Shown piece by piece: positions 12,172 through 24,049 of a stretch of DNA of 40,297 nucleotides. The notes beneath the pieces are model-generated. The model did not search any database. It worked only from the letters and a program-made list of their open reading frames with translations, and was not told the origin of the DNA. Numbering within the stretch: the stretch's first letter is position 1; every line of letters begins with the position of its first letter. This DNA is from Welwitschia mirabilis. Lineage: Eukaryota. The stretch spans positions 48,768,852-48,809,148 of the forward strand of contig JBOZIK010000001.1 of the NCBI GenBank assembly GCA_051453625.1, written 5' to 3'. The position numbers were made by a program, and so were the translations under genes.

Positions 12172-13310
12172 TGTCATAATCCATCGAAGGCACTAAGGCA
12201 AGAGGTTAGATAATTAATTTGAGTAAAGTACTTTTGGTATTTTCCATTTAAGTTCAAGAAATAAGAACAATGCAAAGATAAAATGCAAGATGAATGCAAA
12301 TGCAATGCTTATAAATGAAATGCAAATAAAATACTCTAAGTAATAGATCTATTCAACTACCAATCTTTGTCACTAACATCGGCCCTCATAATGTCAATCA
12401 ATTAGGAAATATTATTACTAAAACCTAACCAATGTAGGCGATAAGGTACATTGAACAAAATATAATGAAATGCAATTATTCTAGTTATGGAAATGCAATG
12501 CAAACACTAAACTAATAATATCAACTTTTAAAAAAATTTCCCTCATGATTTAGATCAATTATGAAACTATCACTGAATCATAACCAACATAAACCATAAG
12601 GGAGATGTACATAATGGAACTAAGGAAATTGTTTCATTAATCTTAAATCAAACATCTACTTACAAAGTAGCAGCACCTTAATGGAGGATACACAAATCAA
12701 TACCAAGAAAGACTTCTCTCTATAACTATGGATGGATCTCCTGCCCTTCGATCTCCCATCATAAGATTATCAAGTGTAAAAGATGAGAGTTGGGGTGAGG
12801 GCTTGAAGGTTTTAGTATAAGGAACATTCTAAAAATAGAAATCCTAATAACCAGATGAAACTCTAGTGGTGCTAAAGGGGGGCATGTAACACTTTGTAAT
12901 AGTTAGGTGAAGTTTGGTGTATGGGTTACTAAGTTAGATGAAGTGTCATCTTATCTATTATTTAGACGATGATAGGAACAATGCCATACTAGAAAGGATT
13001 CACATCAGCTTCTAGCTCAGCTGTCGTCTGATAATGTTATCTAGATGATTATGGAACAATAGGATTTTAAGTTCTTTTATACAATTAAATTAGCCTCTTC
13101 AATTGTTAAACTCCCCCTTAGAATGTTGAGCATGAGAATTTATCTAAAATGCCTTTAAATATGCCAAAGATTATACATTTCTATGATCATCGCGTTGACT
13201 ATTCATTATTATCTAAACTCCACCTAAACCTATTTAAATATCCTACAAAAGTACTCAATATATCCCATCAAATATATATAATTTGGCATCACAACATAGC
13301 CTCCCACTTA
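12172..13310 (-). mobile_element. Gypsy-type 3' LTR (about 12172-13296) preceded by a polypurine tract (13297-13310)
   Basis: Minus strand reads TAAGTGGGAGGCTA|TGTTG. Positions 12897-13296 are homologous to the inverted copy at 19462-19862. The distal end (...ATTATGACA at 12172) is tentative. Confidence 0.65.
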
Positions 13311-15189
13311 GCCTTGACAGTCTCTGATAAAATAGACAAATAACTACAATTGTGAACCAAATTGACTAAGATAAACACTAACTAAGGAAAGGTAAATTAA
13401 GCTCAAAAATCTCATCACGCAAAATAAAATATCAAAATCTAATAAACTGAATGTATTACCTTAGTAGAGTATGAGGATGTATTATTGTCCTGTATGTTGT
13501 TTGGACAATGGTAGGGACAACAAACTTAAAAAATGGAACTTGGAAAATCAATTATCTATGAACATGCTCATCAGAAAATAGTATCAAAGTTTATAAAAAC
13601 TGTGTTAACCCCCTACTTAAAACATTTCATACATCGAAAGATAGAAATCTAATGTTATATCAAAAAGTCATCAAAAGATAAAACAATAATAACTTAGATA
13701 AATGATGTGTATGTATAATCAAAACAATGATAACTCAAAATGATATGTATAAACAAAACAAGGAGTTTTACATACAATCTATAAGGGGTAAATATATAAA
13801 AAATAATCATAACATCACTCCCCTCATTACTATAGTGAAGTTTGCATGTGAGCTCATAGGTGAAGGTGGGGAAGGAGAACACTCTTCTGCATCTAGAAAG
13901 TGCATACTGAGAGCTTGATGGATGTAAAGGCCTACTAAACATTAATCATAAAGCATATCATAGAAATAATATGAAAACATAACCAAACCAGTACATCTCA
14001 TACATGTATCATGAAAGCTTAAACATGACCCACATAACTAAAATTTTTGCTTAAAAATATTTCAAAAGGATGTCTTGACTTGCCCCCCACTTATGAATCT
14101 CTATGTCCTGCATTACATTAACATAAGAAGAAAAGGATAACAATGCATTTTATGTGTCATCCTTCTGTGTTGTCTAAAAAACTAGATGAATGACATGCCT
14201 CTAACAAAGATCGGTAAAAAAGTGAAGTCCAACAAAATAATTTGGTCAATGAGAGTAAGAGTAAGGCCTCAAAAAGTGATGATGAAGTCTAAAAGATGGG
14301 GAAAAGCTAAGAATTATCATAAAGCATGAAAAGTAAGAATAACTCAAGGTAGAGAAAGAGTATCAAGACAGGTTAGTGATAATGCACCAAAAGAAGGAAA
14401 ATCCTCAAACGCAAATGGATGTGTAAAAACTTAAAACATGCTAAAGGAACATCATCTACAAAGCATTAAAATAAAGTCAACTTCTAGAGATAAAAAATTA
14501 TGAGCAAAAAAAAAAACAACAAGAAAACTACTAAATAATCAAGTCCTAAATATTATAATGAAAAGTATAAAAATGGCTTTGAAATACTAAGTAAAACAAC
14601 TCAGGAAAACAAAATGAAAATGGACAACTAAGAATATAAAGAAGATTGTTTACTTATCCTAAATCATAACCTAACAGACTCCCTTGATGGAAATCATAAA
14701 ATCACTTAATCTATGATATATGACATGATGTAAAAAAATTTATAAAGTACCACTCAAATAGGTAGTGATTATGACAATGATAAGTATATCTAATGTTTTC
14801 AAACAATAAATGATAAGATCAAAAGCTATTTAGAAATGGATCCACCTACTTATACCCCAAAGCCACAATAGAATCCGAAAAAGTAAAATGATCATGTGGA
14901 AGTATTATATGCTCAACAAGTCTAAAAAACAAGCAATACCTCTAATGACATAAAAAACATTACTGATTTCATAGCCTCCAAGTAGTAATTATTGTTCCAT
15001 AATGAGGGGAGTGTAACCACTATCAGAGGAGTAAAGACCTATAAAGCATGTCCAACTAACCACCTAGAAGTTCATATAGCTACCAATAGTGCCAAAGTTC
15101 CCTCTTGGGAAAATTTACCTTGGCATGATAGGACATCATGATGACTATGTTTTTAGCTCAAATATAAAAGATCATGGTTATTATTTATT

Positions 15190-15190
<1 letters not shown>

Positions 15191-15249
<59 letters not shown>

Positions 15250-15256
15250 TTCTCTT
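15191..15256. repeat. (CT)n microsatellite
   Basis: Long CT dinucleotide run. Confidence 0.95.
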
Positions 15257-16079
15257 TTTGAAAATAAGTCCCACATGACGAAGTACTCTCANNNNNNNNN
15301 NNNNNNNNNNNNNNNNNNNNNNNNNNNNNNNNNNNNNNNNNNNNNNNNNNNNNNNNNNNNNNNNNNNNNNNNNNNNNNNNNNNNNNNCTTTATTCAAAAT
15401 GAAGTTCATAGATGTATGAATGTCTTAAGATTGGGTGAATATAATCTTATCACTTTCAAATATTCAAGTAAAAGATTTCTCATTATGATAAATTCATAAA
15501 GTGAAATATAATTCAAGTTAAAGATGTTTAAGTGATAGCATGACATCCACCAAAGGAATCGACTAAAAAGAATTTAAACAATGGCAGCAGAACTTCCAAG
15601 ACAAGTGATTCTATCATGTTAAAGGTTNNNNNNNNNNNNNNNNNATGGATTTTTAACTTTTGTCCATTAACTTTTTGAATTTCCCTAGTATTCAAATCGA
15701 AAATCTCAACTGAGCCATTAGAATGTACTTTCTCTACAAGATAAGGACATAATCATCTAGAGGTTAACTTACTATGTAAAAGATGATACATAAAACTAGA
15801 AACCAAGATAAAAAACATAGCAAAAGAAAATTAGAAGGAAATACCAAAGCAAGCTTAAATTATAAGGAAAACAAGTTTTATTCAGATCTAACACTTTATT
15901 TAAAAGAAAAAGAAACATTTATTTATCTAATTTGTAGTCCTAGATATTGTACTTTTTCAAAAAAATAAGGATCAAACCAAGTAGAAACTAATTAATAAAA
16001 CATAAAAGGTATACAATCATTTTTGAGTAAAATCAATTGGAGGTAAAGATAATAAAAGGATAAAACCTTGATAGCATAA

Positions 16080-18090
16080 ATTTCAAAATCTAAATAAGAG
16101 ATGAAGAAGTAATAGATTTCAAAACCTTGAATGATTTCTTCATTTTCTTTATCATTATCTTTAACTTTATCTTTCTCTTCTTTATTATACTCATTATTGT
16201 TTTGTTAAATATTATTGTCATTCTCTAAGTTGTTGGATTCATTAAAAAGATCATAAAGAGAAATGTGCTCATCATTCTTTTCCTTATCCTCCTTTTCTTC
16301 ATCACATTATTACATGTAATTATTGTCAAAATTATCAGATTCATGAAAAAGATCATAAAGAGAAATGTAATCATTATTTTCTTCATGGGCTAAAAAATTT
16401 TTAAATTCTTCATGAAATGATTCCTCTATTTCATCTAGATTTCCTAATAGTAAGTGGATGCAAGGAAGATAATCTAATATCTCAATATCATCATTTGATG
16501 AATAACCATCCTTATTATTATTGTTGAATAATTGAGTTAAATCATCATTGTCCTCATTTTGTCCATATCCAAACAAGTGGGATGTTATAAGTTATCTCAT
16601 AATTTTATTTTCCATTTTAAAGCAAGAATTATTGCTACTAGTTTCTAAGTTCTTATAATTTTTCTAAAGATGGGATGTACTAGAAGGAGTAAGATAGGTT
16701 TAAGAATGTTGTGTTGTAAAAGAACCTTGAGATAGTTGATTTTATAACATTGTTTATTGAAGGATGCTAATCAGATTTTCTAGGTTCTTATTGGTATCTT
16801 CTTACCTCTTTGTCATTTTATCAATCATTTCTTTCATTGAGTTATTTTCTTCTTTACTGTAATTCATAGGAGGTGGATCTTCTTCATAGTAATTCATGGA
16901 AGATGGATGGGATTTGCTCAAATAATTGTATAATGATTTTGAAATGAGGTGGAATCTCTAAAATGTTGAAAATCTTCATTATCATTTTTACATGAATCCT
17001 GAAAAAGGTAGGGAAGGGGGTGGGGAAGGGAATAAGGAGGTTGAAAAGAGAAAGGGGACTAATTCCTAGTCTTAACAGCATTTGATATTATCCATCATCT
17101 GTCTACAAATATTTCTCAAAGTGTTATTTTTCCATTATCCTCAGAAGTTTTCAAGTTTCTTCTTTCAACAAGTATTTCTTGAAGTGTTATCTGATCATTA
17201 CCCTCAGAAATTCTCTCATCTCTTCTTTTAGCAAGTATTTATTGAAGTGGTCTTTTATCATTATCCTTAAAAATTCTCAAGTTTCTCCTTCTTTCAGCAA
17301 ATATTTCTTAAAGGATCATTTTATCACTAGAAATAGATGAGAAAGCTAAACAAGAAGAATTCTTAGTTNNNNNNNNNNNNNNNNNNNNNNNNNNNNNNNN
17401 NNNNNNNNNNNNNNNNNNNNNNNNNNNNNNNNNNNNNNNNNNNNNNNNNNNNNNNNNNNNNNNNNNNNNNNNNNNNNNNNNNNNNNNNNNNNNNNNNNNN
17501 NNNNNNNNNNNNNNNNNNNNNNNNNNNNNNNNNNNNNNNNNNNNNNNNNNNNNNNNNNNNNNNNNNNNNNNNNNNNNNNNNNNNNNNNNNNNNNNNNNNN
17601 NNNNNNNNNNNNNNNNNNNNNNNNNNNNNNNNNNNNNNNNNNNNNNNNNNNNNNNNNNNNNNNNNNNNNNNNNNNNNNNNNNNNNNNNNNNNNNNNNNNN
17701 NNNNNNNNNNNNNNNNNNNNNNNNNNNNNNNNNNNNNNNNNNNNNNNNNNNNNNNNNNNNNNNNNNNNNNNNNNNNNNNNNNNNNNNNNNNNNNNNNNNN
17801 NNNNNNNNNNNNNNNNNNNNNNNNNNNNNNNNNNNNNNNNNNNNNNNNNNNNNNNNNNNNNNNNNNNNNNNNNNNNNNNNNNNNNNNNNNNNNNNNNNNN
17901 NNNNNNNNNNNNNNNNNNNNNNNNNNNNNNNNNNNNNNNNNNNNNNNNNNNNNNNNNNNNNNNNNNNNNNNNNNNNNNNNNNNNNNNNNATCAGGAGGTA
18001 AGTCAAAAGGCTTTTGGATTTTAAATTTCCTTTTAGCAATTAGATCTCTAAGTGTAATGTTCATATTTGAATTAGATGTTTCTATCATGA
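16080..18090 (-). pseudogene. Decayed retroelement-associated ORF with 21-aa repeats, a Pro-rich segment and acidic repeats
   Basis: Order on minus: ITLRDLIAKRK (~18050), gap, four TL(Q/R)EI.A.RR repeats, a Pro-rich stretch, then two ISLYDLF acidic repeats. Most stops sit at apparent CAA/CGA/CAG codons. Ends approximate. Confidence 0.45.
17106..17330. repeat. 63-bp tandem repeat, about 3.5 units, frame-preserving
   Basis: CAA(A/G)TATTT...AAG unit starts at 17106, 17169, 17232 and 17298 (spacings 63, 63, 66). Confidence 0.85.
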
Positions 18091-18671
18091 TTAATGTACT
18101 AGGTGATGCTGCTTAGATGAAGAAGGAATAAAATGATTTGCCCTTATTCTATTATTTACATAATCTTATTTTGAAAAATTTGGCTCTAAAATAACAAAAA
18201 CAAGAAAAAAATTTTCTTCAATTCTTGGATTTTACGTACCTAGGGTGTGCATATCTAGATTTTATTTATGGTTAAATAAGCCTTCTCTGTTATTTTCCTT
18301 TATCAAGCTTCATTTCCTCTAATATTTTAGCTTTTTACTAGAATTTACCATGTTCTTGCATACTTTAAAAAAAAAAGAGTACCTACACAACCATCATCTT
18401 AATAGTCATCTAGACAATATCATGGATGACCAGTATACAAAAAACAAAAAGATATATGGAAAAAATAATAATTTAGGGGGAATGTTTGGAATGAGAACAA
18501 TATAATGATGTAATTGGAATTTCACTAAGATAATTTTGAAAAAATAATAAATGAATTTAAACAATTATACACAATAGGATTTTTCACTATAAGAAATTTA
18601 CTTAACTCTATATTTAACGATTGAATATAAAAAATTAGGTTTGCAAAAATATTTATGTTTTTAATATTTCA

Positions 18672-18687
18672 CTCTTACTCTCTCTCA

Positions 18688-18746
<59 letters not shown>

Positions 18747-18780
18747 TCACTCACTCTCTCTCACACTCTCACTCACTCAC
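18672..18780. repeat. Compound (CT)n/(CTCA)n microsatellite
   Basis: CT run flanked by CACT variants. Confidence 0.95.
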
Positions 18781-19461
18781 ATATTTTTTTGGTATTTCAA
18801 AATAAAGATATGATTTAGTTGATTAAATAGTAGCTAGTTTGGAATGTCTTTAGCATGCACTTAATCATGAAGATATGGTAAAAGAACTTTAACTTAGAGA
18901 AACCAATACAAAGTTCCATTCTAGTTTGAATTAAATTTCTAGATATTCTAATCTATTTTTCACCACATGTGAATATTTTAGATAGTAAAAATTTAGAAAA
19001 GTTATGGGCATGAAATCATTCATAAGTTTTTGTACTAGACTAATTTAAAAGTTTTGTATTGTAGTGGACATGCTAATAACATAAATTCATTTGAGTATTT
19101 ATCAATGGAGTGAATATTGTTCAAAAGTTTACTTATCTTACTATGCTACTAGATGTTAATTACTCTAAGGAACCAATCCATACATGATCATTGTATCCTA
19201 AAATATTAGCTACATATAAGGTGAAGAAGATTTTAACTAATAAAATGGCAAAGAAATTTGAAGATAAAGGGATCACTAGTGATTCAATGGTAATACTTCT
19301 AAGGAGTAAGTCAAAGAAAAGGGTGATAAAAAATAGTTACTAAGTTCATTTGAAAATCCTAATGTTGATGCTAATAGAAAATAGAAAGCACATATTATTT
19401 CAAGTCCAAATGATATGCTTATTAATAGCTACATTCAAGGAAAGGTTTTAGTTTCAAATAG

Positions 19462-19862
19462 TGTTGCAATGCTAAATTATATGTATTTGATGGGGTATTT
19501 TGAGTGCTCTTGCAAGATATTTAGATAAGTTTAGGTAGATTTTCGACAATAATGGAGAGTGAATGTGATGATCACAGAATTGTATAATATTTAGCATATT
19601 TGAAAGCATTTCAAGCGAATTATGATACTTAACATTCTAAAGAGGAGTTTGACAATTGAAGAGGCTGATTTAATTTAATAGAAGAACTTAAAATCCTGTC
19701 ATTACCATAATCATCTAGATGACATTATTGGATGATAGTTGAGATGGAAGCAGGTGTGGATCCTTTCTGATGTGGTATCATCCCTACCATTATCTAGATG
19801 ACAAATAGGATGATGCTACACCTAACTTAGTAATCGACATACCAAACTTCACTTGACTATTG
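19462..19862 (+). mobile_element. Partial LTR, same family as 12172-13296, opposite orientation
   Basis: Begins TGTTGCAATGCTAAATTA. About 400 bp is colinear with the reverse complement of 12897-13296, and most differences are transitions. Confidence 0.75.
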
Positions 19863-20317
19863 TTTTGCTAGTACTTTTGTATTCTCTTGAAGTTCTTTTA
19901 GCATCTTTCATGAATTGTCTGGTGTTCTATAAAATTTGTGCTTATTATAGATCCCTTTGTATCCTAATTTTTGAGGAGCTTATACAAGTTTTATAGTCCT
20001 TTCCTATATTGTTTATGTTAGCCTTGAACAAGCCTTGACAGCCTATTGTAAAGCATCTTGTGAATGTCTTGTATTAATCATCAACCTGTGATTATGATGT
20101 GATAAATTATGAGAACTAAAACTAGCCAAGGTAATAAGTTGTATGGACTTCAGAGAGTGATACATTTTGTTGGAAGTCCTAAGGCATTGGGATTAGATTG
20201 CTAAAGTAAAAAGAAAGAAATGTACACACTTTGTATTATTTATTTTTCTTAGCTATGATTAACTAATGAAACATGTGCATCATGCCCTCTTCTATATATC
20301 TAATAAGTTGTATTAGA

Positions 20318-20639
20318 TGTAACACTTCTTGTTGATATATTAAGAAAAACTGATTATTAGCCCATTATAGTTAGCTTAATCCTAATAATTTCTAATCCAT
20401 GTTTAATACATTATGAGCCTTTACATATTTAATAAAGTAGATATTAATTAGTACTCAACTATAATAGGAATCTAGGCAATTTTTACATTACAACTATGTC
20501 ATAGCTAGGCTAAACTATTATGTACTAAATTACAGTATCAGAGTTGTATCCATGACATCACTAGATCATGAATCAATGTTTATGATATTATTATACTTTT
20601 GAATAATTAGAAGTGAACATTATATTTTCGTATCAGAGC
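20318..20639 (+). mobile_element. Candidate LTR end with tRNA-iMet primer binding site
   Basis: TGTAACAC at 20318; ...GTGAACATTATA ending at 20624; TCGTATCAGAGC at 20628-20639 (canonical PBS is TGGTATCAGAGC). Confidence 0.45.
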
Positions 20640-21871
20640 ATAGATTGCAAGTTCATTGGACATAATGGCTGTTAGGCTATTATAAGTTTTACATTAAGCC
20701 TAGTGTTAATAATGTATTCTCATTAAATTAGCCGTATTATAAGGTAATAAGATCTTTTGCTTCTAATTTGATAAAATTTAATATACTCTTACATCTTAAG
20801 ATGAGAAATCATTAATTTGAGGTTTTGGTTTTGTATCTAAAAAGGAAGTGGAAAGTAATAACCGCATGAGATCTGTGTTCATTTAAGATAAGAAGAAATT
20901 TGGGAGATACTTTTCAAAATAATAATAGGGCAAGGAGTATCCCTTTTAAATTAAGCCACTCATATAATGTAAGCTATCTTTTTAAATAAACAAGTTATGC
21001 TATACTAACTAGGGTTTAGGCCAAATGCCTAAAATCCTCCTCTTAAGCTTGGAAGATCATAACTATATGAATGTAAAGGTTAGCTAAGTTAGTTCATTGA
21101 GAAGAAAATACACATTAAACAAACACTGATCAAATTGAATTGTCAATCATTGTACTAAAGAGAAATGTCTTGTTAAAAATTAAAACTCTCTAAACTAGAC
21201 ATCAATTAAATGAACAGATGGAAAAGCCTTTTATGTTAGAGGGTAGCTTCCACATGTGATGTAAGAAATAGTCTAATCATTTACCAAGGAGGCTTCCAAA
21301 ATCCTCATCCTATACTCAATCACTAGTACCATGTTGGAAAATCCATCTTTATCAGTGTAGACTAGTTTAATGGTTCTTAACCAAATGAACCATTCAATAT
21401 GACTTCGTTTACTCTAGGTACCTATGAATGTAAAAATAAGTATTGATAATATTATATTAACTATTACTTTCAATCTATTTTCCTTTTTATTATTTGCTTT
21501 GGATGTATCGCTTTAGGATTGACATATTAATATAACTAATTCTGTAAAAAAATTCTTTCTTTAAAAATAAATGGATTCTCCAAACTAGTTCCCTTTTCTA
21601 TTGAAAAAGATTGAGAATATCCTTCTGTACAACACTCAAGGCTTCTCCTAGAAAACATGATTAGAAAAAAAAATAGAAAAATAAAAATTAACAAGAAATT
21701 AGTGAACATGATACAAACTTTGGAGGAGAATCCTAGTGAATTACTAATAAATACATTTAAGTTTTCACAAAACTAGAGGATTAAAAAATGCAAACTATAG
21801 GGTAAGATGTGATTTTTCACTTTCTTTAAGATTATGAAGAAGGTCTTATACATCATATAAACTATGCATTA

Positions 21872-22035
21872 TAAAAGGATATTGATTCAATAGTCTAGTG
21901 ATAAATTCAAATTAATAATATCTTCTTTTCCATGAGTGTAAAAGGATATTGATTCAATAGTTTAGTGATAACTTCAAATTAATTGGTATTTAGAATAAAA
22001 CTATAATCTTCTTTTTCCCTTGAGTATAAAGATAA
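21872..22035. repeat. About 67-bp tandem duplication plus a partial third copy
   Basis: TAAAAGGATATTGATTCAATAGT(C/T)TAGTGATAA(A/C)TTCAAATTAAT at 21872 and 21939. Confidence 0.8.
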
Positions 22036-22265
22036 GAAATAAAGTAAATCAATGTTATGTAATTTTTTGAACATAAATGCTATTGTTTACATGTTATACT
22101 TCTAATGATATAACTTTTGATGTTTTAGCACATTAAAGAATGGAGACAACCTTTAAGCCTTTTTTAAGATGAGACTAAATCACATAAATGTAAAAGGGGT
22201 AGAATGAATGAAGAGGGGAGATATTTATGGTGCAGTGAGAATAAAGTATAGAATGCACATGTAGA

Positions 22266-23285
22266 TGTCATATCCCATATTTTGTAAACCTTAATTACTT
22301 GGATATTAAGCATATTAAACTTTTAATTAGATAATGACTTCTCTTTTTTAAAGGCCTTATCAAAACCAGATGATATTTTATATTAACCTTAGTTTGGAAT
22401 TTTCATAATTTATCATGAAAATGATAATAATTATATTAAAAGCCTTTTATGAGAAAAGCTATCCAAACATCTAAAATTAGATAAACTGATTACGTGAACA
22501 ATTAAAATTACATGATAAAACTAATAAATTGAAAATTTCAAGAGGACATATTAATATATTTTAAATATTATTTACTCATTTAAATGATAGGTATACTATA
22601 CTATGAATAAATCTCTTCTTCCTAGTGTTATGTAATTGAAAGATTTTATGCATTATGAAATAAATGAGCATGTAAACAAGTACATGGACTCTTACCTATA
22701 ACCAAGAATGAAAAATGAGTAGATTTACTCTACCATGATTTTTATCTTTTTGAGATGTGTAAGGGCATTTTATTCATTGCATAATTATTTTTTTATTTAT
22801 TAGAATTGAAGAGTTTATCTTATTATACCACATGACAATTTTGAGATTTGTGCATTTATTTTTTTAATGCATATCTTAGNNNNNNNNNNNNNNNNNNNNN
22901 NNNNNNNNNNNNNNNNNNNNNNNNNNNNNNNNNAAATGATGCATGTAACTAACCTTGCTAACTAAAGAAAGAAAATTACTCACCCTAGTTAGGTGCACAA
23001 TTCATAGATGTGATTTCTTTTTTTGTACTCTAATGTTACTTATTAATCATCCCACTTACAAATGATAAATCATGTGATCTTATGATCTTGAGCTATCTGC
23101 ATTTTGTTTATTTATATATAGAGACCTTTTCTCCTCTCTTGTAAAAAAGGGAAATACTTTTCATTTTTTCATGTAAATGAATTTACTCCATTTCCATCTC
23201 TTTCTTTTATTCTCTTTCTTATAGATCTTTGAGCTTAAAAGCGTGGAGCAAAGAACTTTTAAGCTTGGATCTTTAGCAATCTTTA
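22266..23285 (+). mobile_element. LTR 5' portion, copy A of a ~1-kb diverged direct repeat
   Basis: Starts TGTCATATCCC (LTR-like) and is colinear with 30215-31248. Confidence 0.7.
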
Positions 23286-23885
23286 AAATATTTTATTAAA
23301 ATGATGTAANNNNNNNNNNNNNNNNNNNNNNNNNNNNNNNNNNNNNNNNNNNNNNNNNNNNNNNNNNNNNNNNNNNNNNNNNNNNNNNNNNNNNNNNNNN
23401 NNNNNNNNNTTAAATCATGATGAATTTTCCTCTTATCCTTTACCTTAAATGTGTTCTTAATCCTTTGATTGTTCATTTTGATCATTTATTTATAAATTTA
23501 TCTTTTGGGTCTTTTTGAGTCATCTTTTCTATTATTTTTACTATTTTGGAGAATTCTAGGGAATTCTTAATTATTTAATATTTTAGATTTCTTATTCTTA
23601 ATTCTTCCACTTTTTCCATTTTAGTAAGTTTTTCCACCTAGATCATCTAGACAACCATTAAGATAATGCATTATTATGTCTATATTTAATCTCTTTTCCC
23701 TAATCTTGCATTCTTGAAACATCTCTTAGCTTCTGTAATTATGCTTTAGTACATTCTAATCCTTATCTTTTAAAATTAAGAGTAGAACAAAAAAAAGAAA
23801 AAAACACTTAGTTCTATAATAAGTTATTTAGACAACTAAGGAAGATGATCATTTTTGAAAGAATAAAATAAAAAGACATTTTTTT

Positions 23886-24049
23886 AAGAGATAGTAGGAA
23901 GGTAATTTTGTGCCATACGAATGCCTAATGGCACTTAGGAATGAAAATCTATTGCATATTTTATATTTCCTACCACTGTTGGGTTTTGAACTCTAGACCT
24001 TTGGGTCTATGTATTTATGATCTTACCACTCTAGTAAGCAGTCATTAAC
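23886..24049 (-). mobile_element. tRNA-derived SINE with A-tail and target-site duplication
   Basis: Minus strand: A-box-like TACTAGAGTGG, B-box-like GAGTTCAAAAC, short body, CTTAAAAAAA tail. Flanking direct repeat ATAAAAA(G/A)ACATTTTT at ~23868 and ~24050. Confidence 0.75.

Noticed and set aside
17106-17330. Regular repeats as a CRISPR-like array
   Set aside because: Whole units are degenerate tandem copies without unique spacers, and the context is a eukaryotic retroelement.
3861-23485. Long ORFs in the track made of X residues
   Set aside because: Artifacts of N gaps.
23960-24049. tRNA gene
   Set aside because: Degenerate boxes, no clean cloverleaf, and an A-tail with TSD indicate a SINE.
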